From an uncultured Chloroflexia bacterium (GTDB lineage Bacteria; Chloroflexota; Limnocylindria; Limnocylindrales; CSP1-4), in assembly GCA_963748625.1 (NCBI GenBank), contig CAVVJT010000007.1, positions 480,001-544,000 of the forward strand: a DNA stretch of 64,000 bases, written 5' to 3'. Positions 23,724 through 34,012 of this stretch are shown in pieces (positions within the stretch are counted from its first letter, which is position 1; each line of letters opens with the position of its first letter). The translations under genes and the position numbers were made by a program. Under the pieces are notes generated by a model, which was given only the letters and a program-made list of their open reading frames with translations, had not been told where the DNA came from and did not search any database.

Positions 23724-23831
23724 GTGCAGACGACACGCCCGCGCGACCTCGGCGCACTGTTCCTGGTCATCGGCGTGTTCGCCATCCTGCTCGTCGTCTC
23801 GATCGTGCTCGGGTCTCCGTCCGTCCGCTGA
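23724..23831 (+). CDS. Small single-TM peptide (35 aa)
   Basis: GTG start, MQTTRPRDLGALFLVIGVFAILLVVSIVLGSPSVR, GC3-rich codons; GCAAC-N17-CGTC at 23637-23662. Confidence 0.55.
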   Translation: MQTTRPRDLGALFLVIGVFAILLVVSIVLGSPSVR

Positions 23832-23948
23832 CTGGCAGCGATCGACGGGGCTGGTGAGCCCGGCCGGGATGGCGGACAGCCGCTTCGGGCCTCGTGACCT
23901 CGCCCGGTCGTCGCCATGCCCGGGCCGGGGTGTCGCAACGGCGCGCGC

Positions 23949-24197
23949 TCAGTCGTACAGGCGCTCCAGGTGCCACGTCCCGGCTGCGCGGTCCAGGTAG
24001 ACCAGGGCCAGCCACGACACCCCCACCACCTTGAAGTAGTCCCGCGTGATCGGCTCGCGCCACCAGGACTCGTCCACCCGCCAGCGGTTGCAGACCTCGA
24101 CGGGCTCCCGCCGGCCGTTCCAGCGGATCGCAGCGAGACGGCCTCCCTCGTCCAGCTCCACCTCGATGCGCGGGTGCTCGCGCAGCAGCCGGGTCAT
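23949..24197 (-). CDS. Stand-alone ImuB-C-like protein (DUF6504-like), 82 aa
   Basis: WRVDESWWREPITRDYFKV...LVYLD...WHLERLYD; ATGA overlap with the imuB stop. Confidence 0.8.
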   Translation of the reverse strand: MTRLLREHPRIEVELDEGGRLAAIRWNGRREPVEVCNRWRVDESWWREPITRDYFKVVGVSWLALVYLDRAAGTWHLERLYD

Positions 24198-25498
24198 CGC
24201 TCGTCCCTCATCGCGCCGCGGCAGCACCTCGTCACGGACGCGCCGGCCACGGACAGCCAGCGCCAGCGGTGCTCGGCCAGCGGCGCCTCCGGATCCGCGA
24301 GCTCCACCCGGTGCACGCGGTCCACCCCGAACGCGATCGCCAGGCGCGCCAGCTGCCAGCCGAGGCGGGCATCCCGTGCGGCCTGCGGCGTGAACAGCGG
24401 CAGCTGCTGGCCCTGCGCCGCCTCCACCAGCCCCAGCTCCAGCTCCAGGCGTGCGACCGCGGCCGGCGGCGGGCTCTTCTCGAGCCGCGCGAAGAGCAGG
24501 CGCTCGATGGCCTCGGCGTCGTCGGTGGGCTCCGGGAGCCGCTGCTCGATCCGCACCTCGCCGGGCGTTCCCCGGCGGGCGAACGCGAGGTCGCACGACA
24601 CGACGAGCCGGACGATCCCCGCCGCCTGGCCGCGCGCCTTGAGCTGGTCCGCCAGCACCGACGCCAGCCGCCGGAGCACGAACCGGACCGAGTCCAGCTC
24701 CTCCGACGGCGGTTCGATCGGCAGCCCCAGCGCCATCCGCTCGGGCGCCGTGCGTGGCCGGAACCGCTCCGTCTCCTCGCCGCGGGCCCGGGCGTGGAGC
24801 CGCGCCCCCTCCTCCCCGAACCGCGCCACCACCGCCGAGTGCGGCAGCTCCGCCACCGTCCCGATCGTGCGCAGCCCGAACCGCGCGATCCGCGCCCGGA
24901 TCTCCTGGTCCCGCGTCAGCAGGCGGGCGGGGTGCGGAGCGAGGAAGGCGGCGTCGTCACCGGGTGGCACGAGGAGCGGGGCGCCGCCCTCGCCCGCACA
25001 GACCGCCGCCACGGACGCCGCGAACGAAGTCCCCGCGATCCCTGTCCGGGGCAGCCCGGGAAGCACGCCCGCGAGGGCGGTGGTCATCCGCGGAACCATC
25101 GTCTCCTCCGCACCCCACAGCCGCATGAGCCCGTCCACCTGGATAGCGATCCGCCCGAAGGCGGGGCTCATCACGTCAGAGGTCGCCGCGATCCCCGGGC
25201 TGAACGCGGCCAGCCGTTCACAGGCGGCCTCGAGCGCGTCGCGGTCCGCCTCAGGCTCGAGGTCGAGGAAGGTCGCCTCGGGGGCCAGCCGGTGGGCGGC
25301 CCCGAGCGCCATTCCCCGGCGCACGCCGAGCGAGCGGGCGAGGGGATCCGCGTCCACCACGGTCCCATCCGTCCAAGGCTGACCGCCGAGGACGATCGGA
25401 CCCGGGGGCCACGAGGCGGAGGTGGCGTTGGGAGCCTCTGCCCGCCCCCTCGCCAGGCGGAGGGGCAGGTGGGGCCAGAGCATGTGCAGCAGGCGCAT
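24194..25498 (-). CDS. imuB: ImuB, inactive Y-family polymerase-like protein
   Basis: ARSLGVRRGMALGAAHRLAP, GLMRLWG, FGLRTIG; clamp-binding motif QLPLF; no DxxxFYA catalytic motif. Confidence 0.85.
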   Translation of the reverse strand: MRLLHMLWPHLPLRLARGRAEAPNATSASWPPGPIVLGGQPWTDGTVVDADPLARSLGVRRGMALGAAHRLAPEATFLDLEPEADRDALEAACERLAAFSPGIAATSDVMSPAFGRIAIQVDGLMRLWGAEETMVPRMTTALAGVLPGLPRTGIAGTSFAASVAAVCAGEGGAPLLVPPGDDAAFLAPHPARLLTRDQEIRARIARFGLRTIGTVAELPHSAVVARFGEEGARLHARARGEETERFRPRTAPERMALGLPIEPPSEELDSVRFVLRRLASVLADQLKARGQAAGIVRLVVSCDLAFARRGTPGEVRIEQRLPEPTDDAEAIERLLFARLEKSPPPAAVARLELELGLVEAAQGQQLPLFTPQAARDARLGWQLARLAIAFGVDRVHRVELADPEAPLAEHRWRWLSVAGASVTRCCRGAMRDER

Positions 25499-26537
25499 GG
25501 GTATCGATCGATGCAGGGGGGCCTTTCAGTTCGATGGGAACGGGTGGCGGGTCCACGACGGCGAGCACCGGTGCGGGCCCCACCCCGCCCGGCGGCGCCG
25601 GCGGTGCGGCGAGCCCGGCAAGCAGCTCCGGGTGCCGCAGGCACGCATCGCGCGCGCCGCCCTCCGCGTACAGGATCTCCACGTCGGCGCGCCTCCCCGG
25701 TGGTCCAAACCGGTTGCGCGCCACCTCCACGGTGCTCCGCTGGCCCACCACGTCCCGCCCGAGCCGGATCCAGCCGGCCCGGCGCATCTCCAGGCGCAGC
25801 CCGCTCGCCTCCTCCACCGCCATCGCCAGCGACCGCCCGAGCGCCACGGGCTCCAGCACCACCAGCAGCGTCCCCGCCCGGCGGGCCAGCGCGGCGAGCC
25901 GGCCCAGCCGGTCCCCCACCCGCTTGCCGGTCACGGCCGGGTCCCGGCCCTCCGGCAGGTCGATCACCAGCAGGTCCACCGTCCGCCCCGAGAGCAGCGC
26001 CCCGGCGAGCGCCAGCGCCTCCTCCAGGTCCACCGGAGTCAGCACGACCAGCCACTCGGGACGGATGCCGCGGGCCACCGCCTCCACCGGGTCGAACGCG
26101 CGGGCGAGGTCCATCCAGGCGGCGATCGCCCCGCCCGCCTGCGCCTCCGCGACCATCCGCAGGGCGGCCGTGGTCTTGCCCGACGACGCGTCCCCGCGCA
26201 GGGCCACCGTGGCCGAGCGCGGCAGTCCGCCGGTGCCAAGGATCGCGTCCAGGGCGGCGAAGCCCGTGGGGACCATGCGGCCCTCGTCCGCTGCGGGAAC
26301 GCCAGGACGGGCAGGAGCCGGAGCCGCCACCAGGGGCGTGGGCGCGAGCGGGTCGGGAGCGGGCTTCGCGAGCGGGTCTGGGACGGCCTCCGGACCCGGC
26401 TGAGGCTCGACTGCCGCCACCCGCGCGAGCGCGCCTTCGACCGCGAGGCCCAGCTCGCTGCCACGCCGCAGCACGCCCGTGCCCCAGCGGGCCTGGAGCG
26501 TGGCGAGAGCCTGGGAGACGTCGGATGTGGGAGCCAT
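25251..26537 (-). CDS. imuA: RecA-like ImuA protein (3' end uncertain; overlaps imuB)
   Basis: PTGFAALDAILGTGGLPR, Walker A GDASSGKTT, Walker B LLVID; LexA box upstream. Confidence 0.8.
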   Translation of the reverse strand: MAPTSDVSQALATLQARWGTGVLRRGSELGLAVEGALARVAAVEPQPGPEAVPDPLAKPAPDPLAPTPLVAAPAPARPGVPAADEGRMVPTGFAALDAILGTGGLPRSATVALRGDASSGKTTAALRMVAEAQAGGAIAAWMDLARAFDPVEAVARGIRPEWLVVLTPVDLEEALALAGALLSGRTVDLLVIDLPEGRDPAVTGKRVGDRLGRLAALARRAGTLLVVLEPVALGRSLAMAVEEASGLRLEMRRAGWIRLGRDVVGQRSTVEVARNRFGPPGRRADVEILYAEGGARDACLRHPELLAGLAAPPAPPGGVGPAPVLAVVDPPPVPIELKGPPASIDTHAPAAHALAPPAPPPGEGAGRGSQRHLRLVAPGSDRPRRSALDGWDRGGRGSPRPLARRAPGNGARGRPPAGPRGDLPRPRA

Positions 26538-26547
26538 CGGACGTCCA

Positions 26548-26575
26548 ATAATAGAACGTCTGTTCTAGTCGTCAA
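26548..26575 (-). promoter_or_regulatory. Sigma70-type promoter of the imuA operon with a LexA box between -35 and -10
   Basis: TTGACG (26575-26570), 16-nt spacer, TATTAT (26553-26548); TAGAACgtctGTTCTA at 26552-26567. Confidence 0.88.
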
Positions 26576-26612
26576 GGGTCGAATCGACAGACCGGCGGGC
26601 CACGCCCACCGG

Positions 26613-27548
26613 CTACACCGCGGCCGCCAGCACCACCACGCCCACCAGGATCCCGACGAGCCCGACCCATTGGGAGCGCTGCGGCCGCTCGCCCAGTGCC
26701 ACCACCGCCCAGGCCAGCGCCAGCACCGGGCCGAACGAGCTCGAGAGCCCCACCAGCCAGGCCGGCGAAACTTCCAGGCCGATGGCGAATGCCACGAACC
26801 CGATCACATCGAACGCGCCCGCCGCCAGCACGAGTGCGATCGCGCGTCGCGACCACCCGTGCCATGGCAGCAGCAGCGGCGAGAACCGCCGCGACCGGGA
26901 CCGCAGCGCCAGACCCAGGAGCAGGAGCGACGCGGCGTTGTTCCCCGCGCGCGATCCCACCGCCGCCGGCAGCCAGCCGTACTCCTTGATCGGCCCTGCC
27001 AGCAGCACCGCGAGCAGCGCGAACCCCAGCAGCGTGACCACCGAGATCGCCACGCCCGGTCCCAGCACCCGGAGCCTCCGTCCGCCGCCGCCCGTACCTG
27101 CGGCCTCGCTGCCACCCCCACCGCCACCGCCGAACGAGACCGACGCGAGCACCACGCCCGCCGTCGCGATCGCGGCGCCAAGCGCCTGGGCAGGTGCCAG
27201 CGTCTCGCCACGTATGACCACCGCGAGCACCACGGCCGCCCCGCCGTACGCCACGATCACCGGGCTCACGATGCTGACCGGTCCGATCCGCAGTGCCGTG
27301 TAGTACGCGAGGTACACCCCCGACGCCAGCACCCCGATCGGGAAGGCCGCCAGCATCCCGGCGACAGGATCCGGGCCCAGGAGATCCGGCCGCGCGATCA
27401 CGATCGCGCCAAGCACGATCACGCTGACCGCCTGCGACCCGACGAGCACGCGCAGCGACCCGACCATGCGCGTCGAGACGGCGCCCGCGATCTCCGCAAC
27501 GCCCCACAGCAGCGAGGCGAGCAGACCGAGGGCCAGGCCGGAGGACAT
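26613..27548 (-). CDS. EamA/DMT family transporter
   Basis: About ten TM helices; ALRIGPVSIVSP, GETL and GERP repeat motifs. Confidence 0.9.
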   Translation of the reverse strand: MSSGLALGLLASLLWGVAEIAGAVSTRMVGSLRVLVGSQAVSVIVLGAIVIARPDLLGPDPVAGMLAAFPIGVLASGVYLAYYTALRIGPVSIVSPVIVAYGGAAVVLAVVIRGETLAPAQALGAAIATAGVVLASVSFGGGGGGGSEAAGTGGGGRRLRVLGPGVAISVVTLLGFALLAVLLAGPIKEYGWLPAAVGSRAGNNAASLLLLGLALRSRSRRFSPLLLPWHGWSRRAIALVLAAGAFDVIGFVAFAIGLEVSPAWLVGLSSSFGPVLALAWAVVALGERPQRSQWVGLVGILVGVVVLAAAV

Positions 27549-27645
27549 CGGCGGAGTCTAGGGCCGCCGCCTGTTCGGAAGGACGGCTGTCGCGTGCTAC
27601 ACTTCCCGGCCGGTCGATCCAATTCGTCGGAGCGGACCAGCAGAT

Positions 27646-27721
<76 letters not shown>

Positions 27722-27725
27722 TCGT

Positions 27726-27810
27726 GGGTCGGTTGGGCAGGTGGTGAGCCCAAGGGTCTGTAAAACCCTCGCCTTCGGCTTTGGCGGTTCGATTCCGCCC
27801 CGGCCCACCA
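27726..27810 (+). tRNA. tRNA-Tyr(GTA)
   Basis: Anticodon arm agggt-ctGTAaa-accct, long variable arm gcc-ttcg-gc, GGTTCGATTCC, encoded CCA. Confidence 0.95.
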
Positions 27811-27826
27811 GCAACTCGTGAACACA

Positions 27827-27860
27827 ACGCCCGTCGCAGATGCGACGGGCGTCGTCGTTT
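27827..27860 (+). terminator. Terminator of the tRNA pair
   Basis: acgcccgtcgca-ga-tgcgacgggcgt then cgtcgttt. Confidence 0.7.
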
Positions 27861-27894
27861 CGGCGTGCGGCAGTCAGGTGTCAGTCGGCGGCGG

Positions 27895-27921
27895 TGTCGA
27901 TTCCCCTGTGGCTCATTCGTC
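27895..27921 (+). promoter_or_regulatory. ECF42-like promoter upstream of the YCII-family gene
   Basis: TGTCGA-N17-CGTC, resembling the motif known upstream of DGPF/YCII genes. Confidence 0.55.
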
Positions 27922-27992
27922 GTGATCCTGAAGCGGCGCCGGAGGGCGTCGCCACGGATGGCCGGCGAAGCGCCGGCAGGGAGGCCAAGGAC

Positions 27993-28307
27993 ATGGCGAA
28001 CTACCTGCTCACCTACCACGGCGAGGGCGGCATGCCGGCGACCGAGGAGGAGCGCGCTGCGGTGATGGCCAAGTGGGGCGCCTGGTTCGGGCAGCTGGGC
28101 GATGCCGTCGTGGACCCGGGCAACCCGACCACGCGCGCGAAGGCGATCTCGCCTGACGGCTCGGTCATGGACGCGACGTCATCCCCGTCGGGCTACTCGG
28201 TCATCAAGGCCGATTCGCTCGACCAGGCGGTGGAGCTGTCAAAGGGCTGCCCGGTGCTCGCCGCCGGCCAGGTGGTCCTGGTGACCGAGACCTTCGACGC
28301 CATGTAG
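27993..28307 (+). CDS. YCII-related (DGPF-like) protein
   Basis: MANYLLTYHG...WGAWFGQLG...GYSVIKADSLDQAVELSKGCP; RBS ggagg. Confidence 0.85.
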   Translation: MANYLLTYHGEGGMPATEEERAAVMAKWGAWFGQLGDAVVDPGNPTTRAKAISPDGSVMDATSSPSGYSVIKADSLDQAVELSKGCPVLAAGQVVLVTETFDAM

Positions 28308-28502
28308 GAGACCAGGGCCATCCCGGGGCGCGATCGGCGGACCGTGCCCCGGGAGCTGCCCGGCGCCTCGACCACCCCGGCGTGCTGGTCACGTATTGCG
28401 TAGCCACGCTGTCGCGATCCACCAGAATCATTCACTGGACGTGATGGTTGCGACCACGCATCCTGCCGCGTGTCCACGTCCCGCGCCGCAGGTTCCGCGT
28501 CC

Positions 28503-29765
28503 ATGAGCAGCATCCGACCCTTCCGGGCCCTCCGTCCCATGCCTGCCCAGGCGCCCGACGTCTCGGCCGTCCCGTACGACGTGGTCAACGCAACCGAGGC
28601 TGCAGCCCTCGCCGAGGGCAACCCGCTGAGCTACCTGCGCGTGTCCCGCGCGGAGATCGAGCTGCCTGCCGGCACCAACCCGTACGCCGACGCGGTGTAC
28701 GAGCGGGCCGCCGCCAACTTCGCCCGCCTGCGCGCCGCAGCGCCGCTCGTCATCGAGGACACGGCCGCCCTCTACCTCTACCGGCTCCACATGGGCGACC
28801 ACGTCCAGACCGGCATCGCCGCCACGTTCCTCGTGGACGAGTACGAGCAGAACGTGATCCTCAAGCACGAGAAGACGCGCAAGGACAAGGAGGACGACCG
28901 CACCCGCCACATCGTGGAGCTGCGCGCCCAGACCGGTCCGGTGTTCCTGACGTACCCGGCGAACGCCACGGTCGATTCGCTGGTTGCCGCAGCCACCGAG
29001 TGGCCGACCGCCCGCGAGCCGCTGTTCGACTTCACCGCGCCCGACGGCGTCGGCCACACCGTGTGGACCGCGACCGAGGCCGAGACCGCACAGATCATCG
29101 ACGCGTTCTACGACATCCCGGCCCTCTACATCGCCGACGGTCACCACCGCGCCGCCAGCGCGATGCGCGCCTGCCACGCGATCGACGAGGACGGCACCGC
29201 CACGCAGGCCGAGGGCACCGCCGGGGACGGCGAGATCGAGGCGGAATGGTTCCTCGCGGTCGCCTTCCCGCACAACCAGATGCAGATCCTGCCGTACCAC
29301 CGCGTCGTGAAGACGCTCAACGGCCGCAGCGCCGCCGGGCTGCTCGACGGCGTCCGGGCCGCAGGCGTCACGGTCGAGCCCGGCACGGACACGCCGGCGG
29401 GCCCCGGCGAGGTGGCCATGTACCTCGACGGTGCCTGGTACCGCCTGGGTCTCGCGCCCGCCGCGGCCGACGCCCCGCCGGCGGACCGCCTGGACGTCGC
29501 GCTCCTCCACGACCAGGTGCTCGCGCCGCTGCTCGGAGTCGGCGACCCGCGGACGGACAAGCGCATCGACTTCGTCGGCGGCATCCGCGGCCCCCAGGCG
29601 CTCGTCGAGGCCGTCGACCGCGGCACCGCGGCCGTCGCCTTCGCGATGCACCCGACGTCGATCGAGGACCTCATGGGCATCGCCGATGCCGGCGGGATCA
29701 TGCCCCCCAAGTCCACCTGGTTCGAGCCCAAGCTCCGCGACGGCCTCCTCGTCCACCTCATCTGA
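28503..29765 (+). CDS. DUF1015 family protein
   Basis: IRPFRALRP, PYDVV, KHEKT, YIADGHHR, MPPKSTWFEPKLRDGL. Confidence 0.93.
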   Translation: MSSIRPFRALRPMPAQAPDVSAVPYDVVNATEAAALAEGNPLSYLRVSRAEIELPAGTNPYADAVYERAAANFARLRAAAPLVIEDTAALYLYRLHMGDHVQTGIAATFLVDEYEQNVILKHEKTRKDKEDDRTRHIVELRAQTGPVFLTYPANATVDSLVAAATEWPTAREPLFDFTAPDGVGHTVWTATEAETAQIIDAFYDIPALYIADGHHRAASAMRACHAIDEDGTATQAEGTAGDGEIEAEWFLAVAFPHNQMQILPYHRVVKTLNGRSAAGLLDGVRAAGVTVEPGTDTPAGPGEVAMYLDGAWYRLGLAPAAADAPPADRLDVALLHDQVLAPLLGVGDPRTDKRIDFVGGIRGPQALVEAVDRGTAAVAFAMHPTSIEDLMGIADAGGIMPPKSTWFEPKLRDGLLVHLI

Positions 29766-29803
29766 ACCCCGTCCCTCTCCGCACCCCACCCAGGAGACCC
29801 GCC

Positions 29804-31051
<1,248 letters not shown>

Positions 31052-31085
31052 GCTCCCGAGGACCACCACCAGGAGACCCTTTCCC

Positions 31086-32175
31086 GTGACCGAGCGCATC
31101 TACAACTTCTCTGCCGGCCCCGCCGTCCTGCCCGTATCCGTGCTCGAGGAGGTCCAGCGCGACCTGCTCGCACTGCCCGGCGTGGGCATGTCGGTGATGG
31201 AGATCAGCCACCGCTCCGCGCCATTCGAGGCGATCATCGGCGCGGCCGAGGCCGACATCCGCACGCTGGCCGGGATCCCCGACAACTACAAGATCCTGTT
31301 CCTGCAGGGCGGCGCGAGCACCCAGTTCTCGATGGTCCCGATGAACCTGCTCACCGAGGGGCGGACGGCGGACTACATCATGACCGGCTCCTGGTCGACC
31401 AAGGCGCTCAAGGAGGCCAAGAAGGTCGGCGCCGCGCGCGAGACGGGGTCCACCGCCGACACCAACTACAACCGCATCCCGAGTGACGACGAGCTCTCGT
31501 TCACCGAGGGCGCCGCGTACGTCCACATGACCTCGAACAACACGATCGAGGGCACGGAGTGGCACCGCCTCCCGGAGATCCCCGACGGCGTGCCGCTCGT
31601 GTCGGATGCGTCGATCGGACATCTTCTCCGGGCCGATCGACGTGTCCAAGTACGGGCTGATCTACGCGGGTGCCCAGAAGAACCTGGGGCCGTCGGGCGT
31701 GACGCTCGTGATCATCCGCGAGGACCTCCTCGAGCGCTCGTCGAAGAGCCTCCCCACGATGCTCAACTACAGCGTCCACGCCGAGAACGGCTCGCTGTAC
31801 AACACGCCGCCGGCGTTCGGCGTGTATGTCCTGGGCCTCGTTATCAAGTGGGCGCTCGCCCAGGGCGGCCTCGAGGGCATCGACGCGCTCAACGAGCGCA
31901 AGGCGGGCAAGCTCTACGGGGAGCTCGACCGCACCGGCTTCTGGCACCCGACGGCCCAGAAGGACTCCCGCTCCCTGATGAACGTCACGTTCCGGCTCGC
32001 GACCGAGGACCTGGAGAAGCAGTTCATCAAGGAGGCCACGGCGGCCGGGTTCGACGGGCTCAAGGGCCACCGGGACGTCGGCGGCATGCGCGCATCCATC
32101 TACAACGCGTTCCCCGAGCAGGGCATCGACAACCTCGTCGCCTTCATGCAGGAGTTCGAGCGCGTCAACGGCTGA
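31086..32175 (+). CDS. serC: Phosphoserine aminotransferase, with an apparent +1 frameshift near 31614
   Basis: [27 protein letters not shown]; then [35 protein letters not shown] in the next frame. Confidence 0.93.
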
Positions 32176-32246
32176 GGCTCGCTCCTCCGCGCCCCAGCAC
32201 AGGGAGCCCGGCCCCGCGGCCGGGTTTCCTGATTCCCGGCCGTCCC

Positions 32247-32312
32247 GCCGGGTCCAGGCCTGCCGGGTCCAGGCCTGCCGGGTCCAGGGCGTGCCGGGTC
32301 CCGGGCCTGCCG
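32247..32312. repeat. 15/16-bp tandem repeat, about four copies
   Basis: gccgggtccaggcct twice exactly, then two variants. Confidence 0.75.
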
Positions 32313-32316
32313 CCCA

Positions 32317-32446
32317 GCGGGCGCTGTCTGCGGAATTCTGCGCACCTGTCCCGCGAGGCGGTTGACTGCGGCCGGATCGGGCACTCCAGGCCGTCGGCTG
32401 CCCGCTGGGCGGGACGATCGTGCGGACTCCTGCACATAGGGCCCGC
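32317..32446. repeat. 130-nt imperfect palindrome
   Basis: gcgggcgctgtctgcggaattctgcgcacctgtcccgc pairs with gcgggacgatcgtgcggactcctgcacatagggcccgc. Confidence 0.7.
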
Positions 32447-32455
32447 CAGGCGGGA

Positions 32456-32540
32456 GACGGGCCGGGTCATGACGGGGCGGGTCATGACGGGCCGGGTCAT
32501 GACGAGGCGGGGTGAGGACGGCCGGGTGAGGACGGACGGC
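32456..32540. repeat. 15-bp tandem repeat, about five copies
   Basis: gacgggccgggtcat, gacggggcgggtcat, gacgggccgggtcat, then two gtgag variants. Confidence 0.75.
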
Positions 32541-32609
32541 TCCGGGTCGGGCACCCCGGCACAGGGAGTCCGACCCCCGCGGCCTGCTCGAGCGTGGTTG
32601 ACTGGGGCC

Positions 32610-33110
32610 ATGCAGCACATCGTCGTCCGCGAGATCGCCCCGTACGAGCACGATGCCGCTGGGCGCCTGGTGGTCGATGCCTACCGCACCCTGGGCGTGC
32701 CGCAGAGCGGGGGCTACGAGGCGGAGATTGCCGACGTCGGCGCGCGCGTGGCGCAGTGCACGGTGCTCGTGGCGCTGCTCGACGGGCAGCTCGCGGGGTG
32801 CGCGACCTTCGCCCTCGCGGGGAGCCCGCTCAATGAGGTCGAGGATCCGGAGGGCTCAGCCATCAGGATGCTGGGCGTCACGGCGGAGGCTCGCGGGCAG
32901 GGTGTCGGGGAGGCGCTGGTCCGGGCATGCGCGGAGCGGGCGCGGGCGGCCGGTGCCAGGAGGATCTGGCTCCATACCGAGCCGTTCATGGAAGCGGCGC
33001 AACGGCTCTACCTGCGGCAGGGGTTCGTGCGCGCGCCCGAACGCGACTGGCGGTTCGAGGAGGAGGGAGAGGAGGACGTGATCCTGCTCGCCTACGTGCT
33101 CGAGGTCTGA
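32610..33110 (+). CDS. GNAT family N-acetyltransferase
   Basis: IRMLGVTAEARGQGVGEALV...AAQRLYLRQGF. Confidence 0.9.
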   Translation: MQHIVVREIAPYEHDAAGRLVVDAYRTLGVPQSGGYEAEIADVGARVAQCTVLVALLDGQLAGCATFALAGSPLNEVEDPEGSAIRMLGVTAEARGQGVGEALVRACAERARAAGARRIWLHTEPFMEAAQRLYLRQGFVRAPERDWRFEEEGEEDVILLAYVLEV

Positions 33111-33164
33111 GCCGGGCGTCGCGGGCAGCGGGTCCCAGGTGGCAGGCCTGCCGCGAGCGCGGGC

Positions 33165-33836
33165 TCAGTCCCGGGCGGGCTCCCACGGGAAGGCCTCGGT
33201 CGCGTGCCACGGACCCAGGATGAACGGCTCGCCGTCCCAGTAGGCAGCGGCTCCGCGGACTTCCAGGGCAGCGGTGGCGTCCTCGAGATGGAGACGGACC
33301 GAGAACCTGCCGTTGCCATCATCGGGGAGGCGGAACCCGTCGGAGTCCAGGCAGACGGGGAGGGTCGAATGGCAACCACCGGCGATGGCGGTCTCGTCCC
33401 AGAAGCCGGAGAAGTCGAGCTCGTCGGTGACCCTGCCGTCCACGAGCTCTGTCGCGGTGATGAGCGGGCCGACGTCGCCCACCTCGACCGTGATCTTCCA
33501 GGCGTCCTGCGCGCGGTCGCCCGTCCCGCGGATCTCCAGCTGCCAGGCCTTCGCGACCGGGTCCTCGATGCCCGCCGTGATCGTGGTGGCATCCTCCGCG
33601 ACGACGGAGAGCTCCGGGCCGATGCCATCGCCGTCCACGCCGCCGATGACGGGCGTGGCGGTGGGCTCGGGGAGGAGCGTGGGTGTGGGGACAAGCGTCG
33701 GCTCAGGAGCGGCCGGGGAGGTCGGGCCCGAGGTGGGGGTCGAGATCGGAGCCGGTGCCTGCACGCTGCTGGAGCATGCCGCGAAGGCCGCGATGCTCAG
33801 CGTGGCTGCGAGGAGGGTGGGAAGACGCGGGGACAT
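33165..33836 (-). CDS. Hypothetical lipoprotein
   Basis: Lipobox FAAC, Pro/Thr linker; GGAAC-N18-CGTC upstream (33886-33912). Confidence 0.75.
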   Translation of the reverse strand: MSPRLPTLLAATLSIAAFAACSSSVQAPAPISTPTSGPTSPAAPEPTLVPTPTLLPEPTATPVIGGVDGDGIGPELSVVAEDATTITAGIEDPVAKAWQLEIRGTGDRAQDAWKITVEVGDVGPLITATELVDGRVTDELDFSGFWDETAIAGGCHSTLPVCLDSDGFRLPDDGNGRFSVRLHLEDATAALEVRGAAAYWDGEPFILGPWHATEAFPWEPARD

Positions 33837-34012
33837 GGGACCTGCCGGGATCGGATGCGTGGCATGGACGGGTGGGCGCCCCTATGACGCATGAGGCATG
33901 CGTTTTGGTTCCCTCCTGGACCTCGATTCTGCGGCGCGGGGCGCCCCGCGTGCAATGGCCCGGGCGAGGCCCCCGCTTTGGCCGGCCGGGGCAACCGCGG
34001 GTCCGGGCGTGG

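Noticed and set aside
32247-32540. Possible CRISPR or guide-RNA array
   Set aside because: Simple 15-bp tandem units without spacers.
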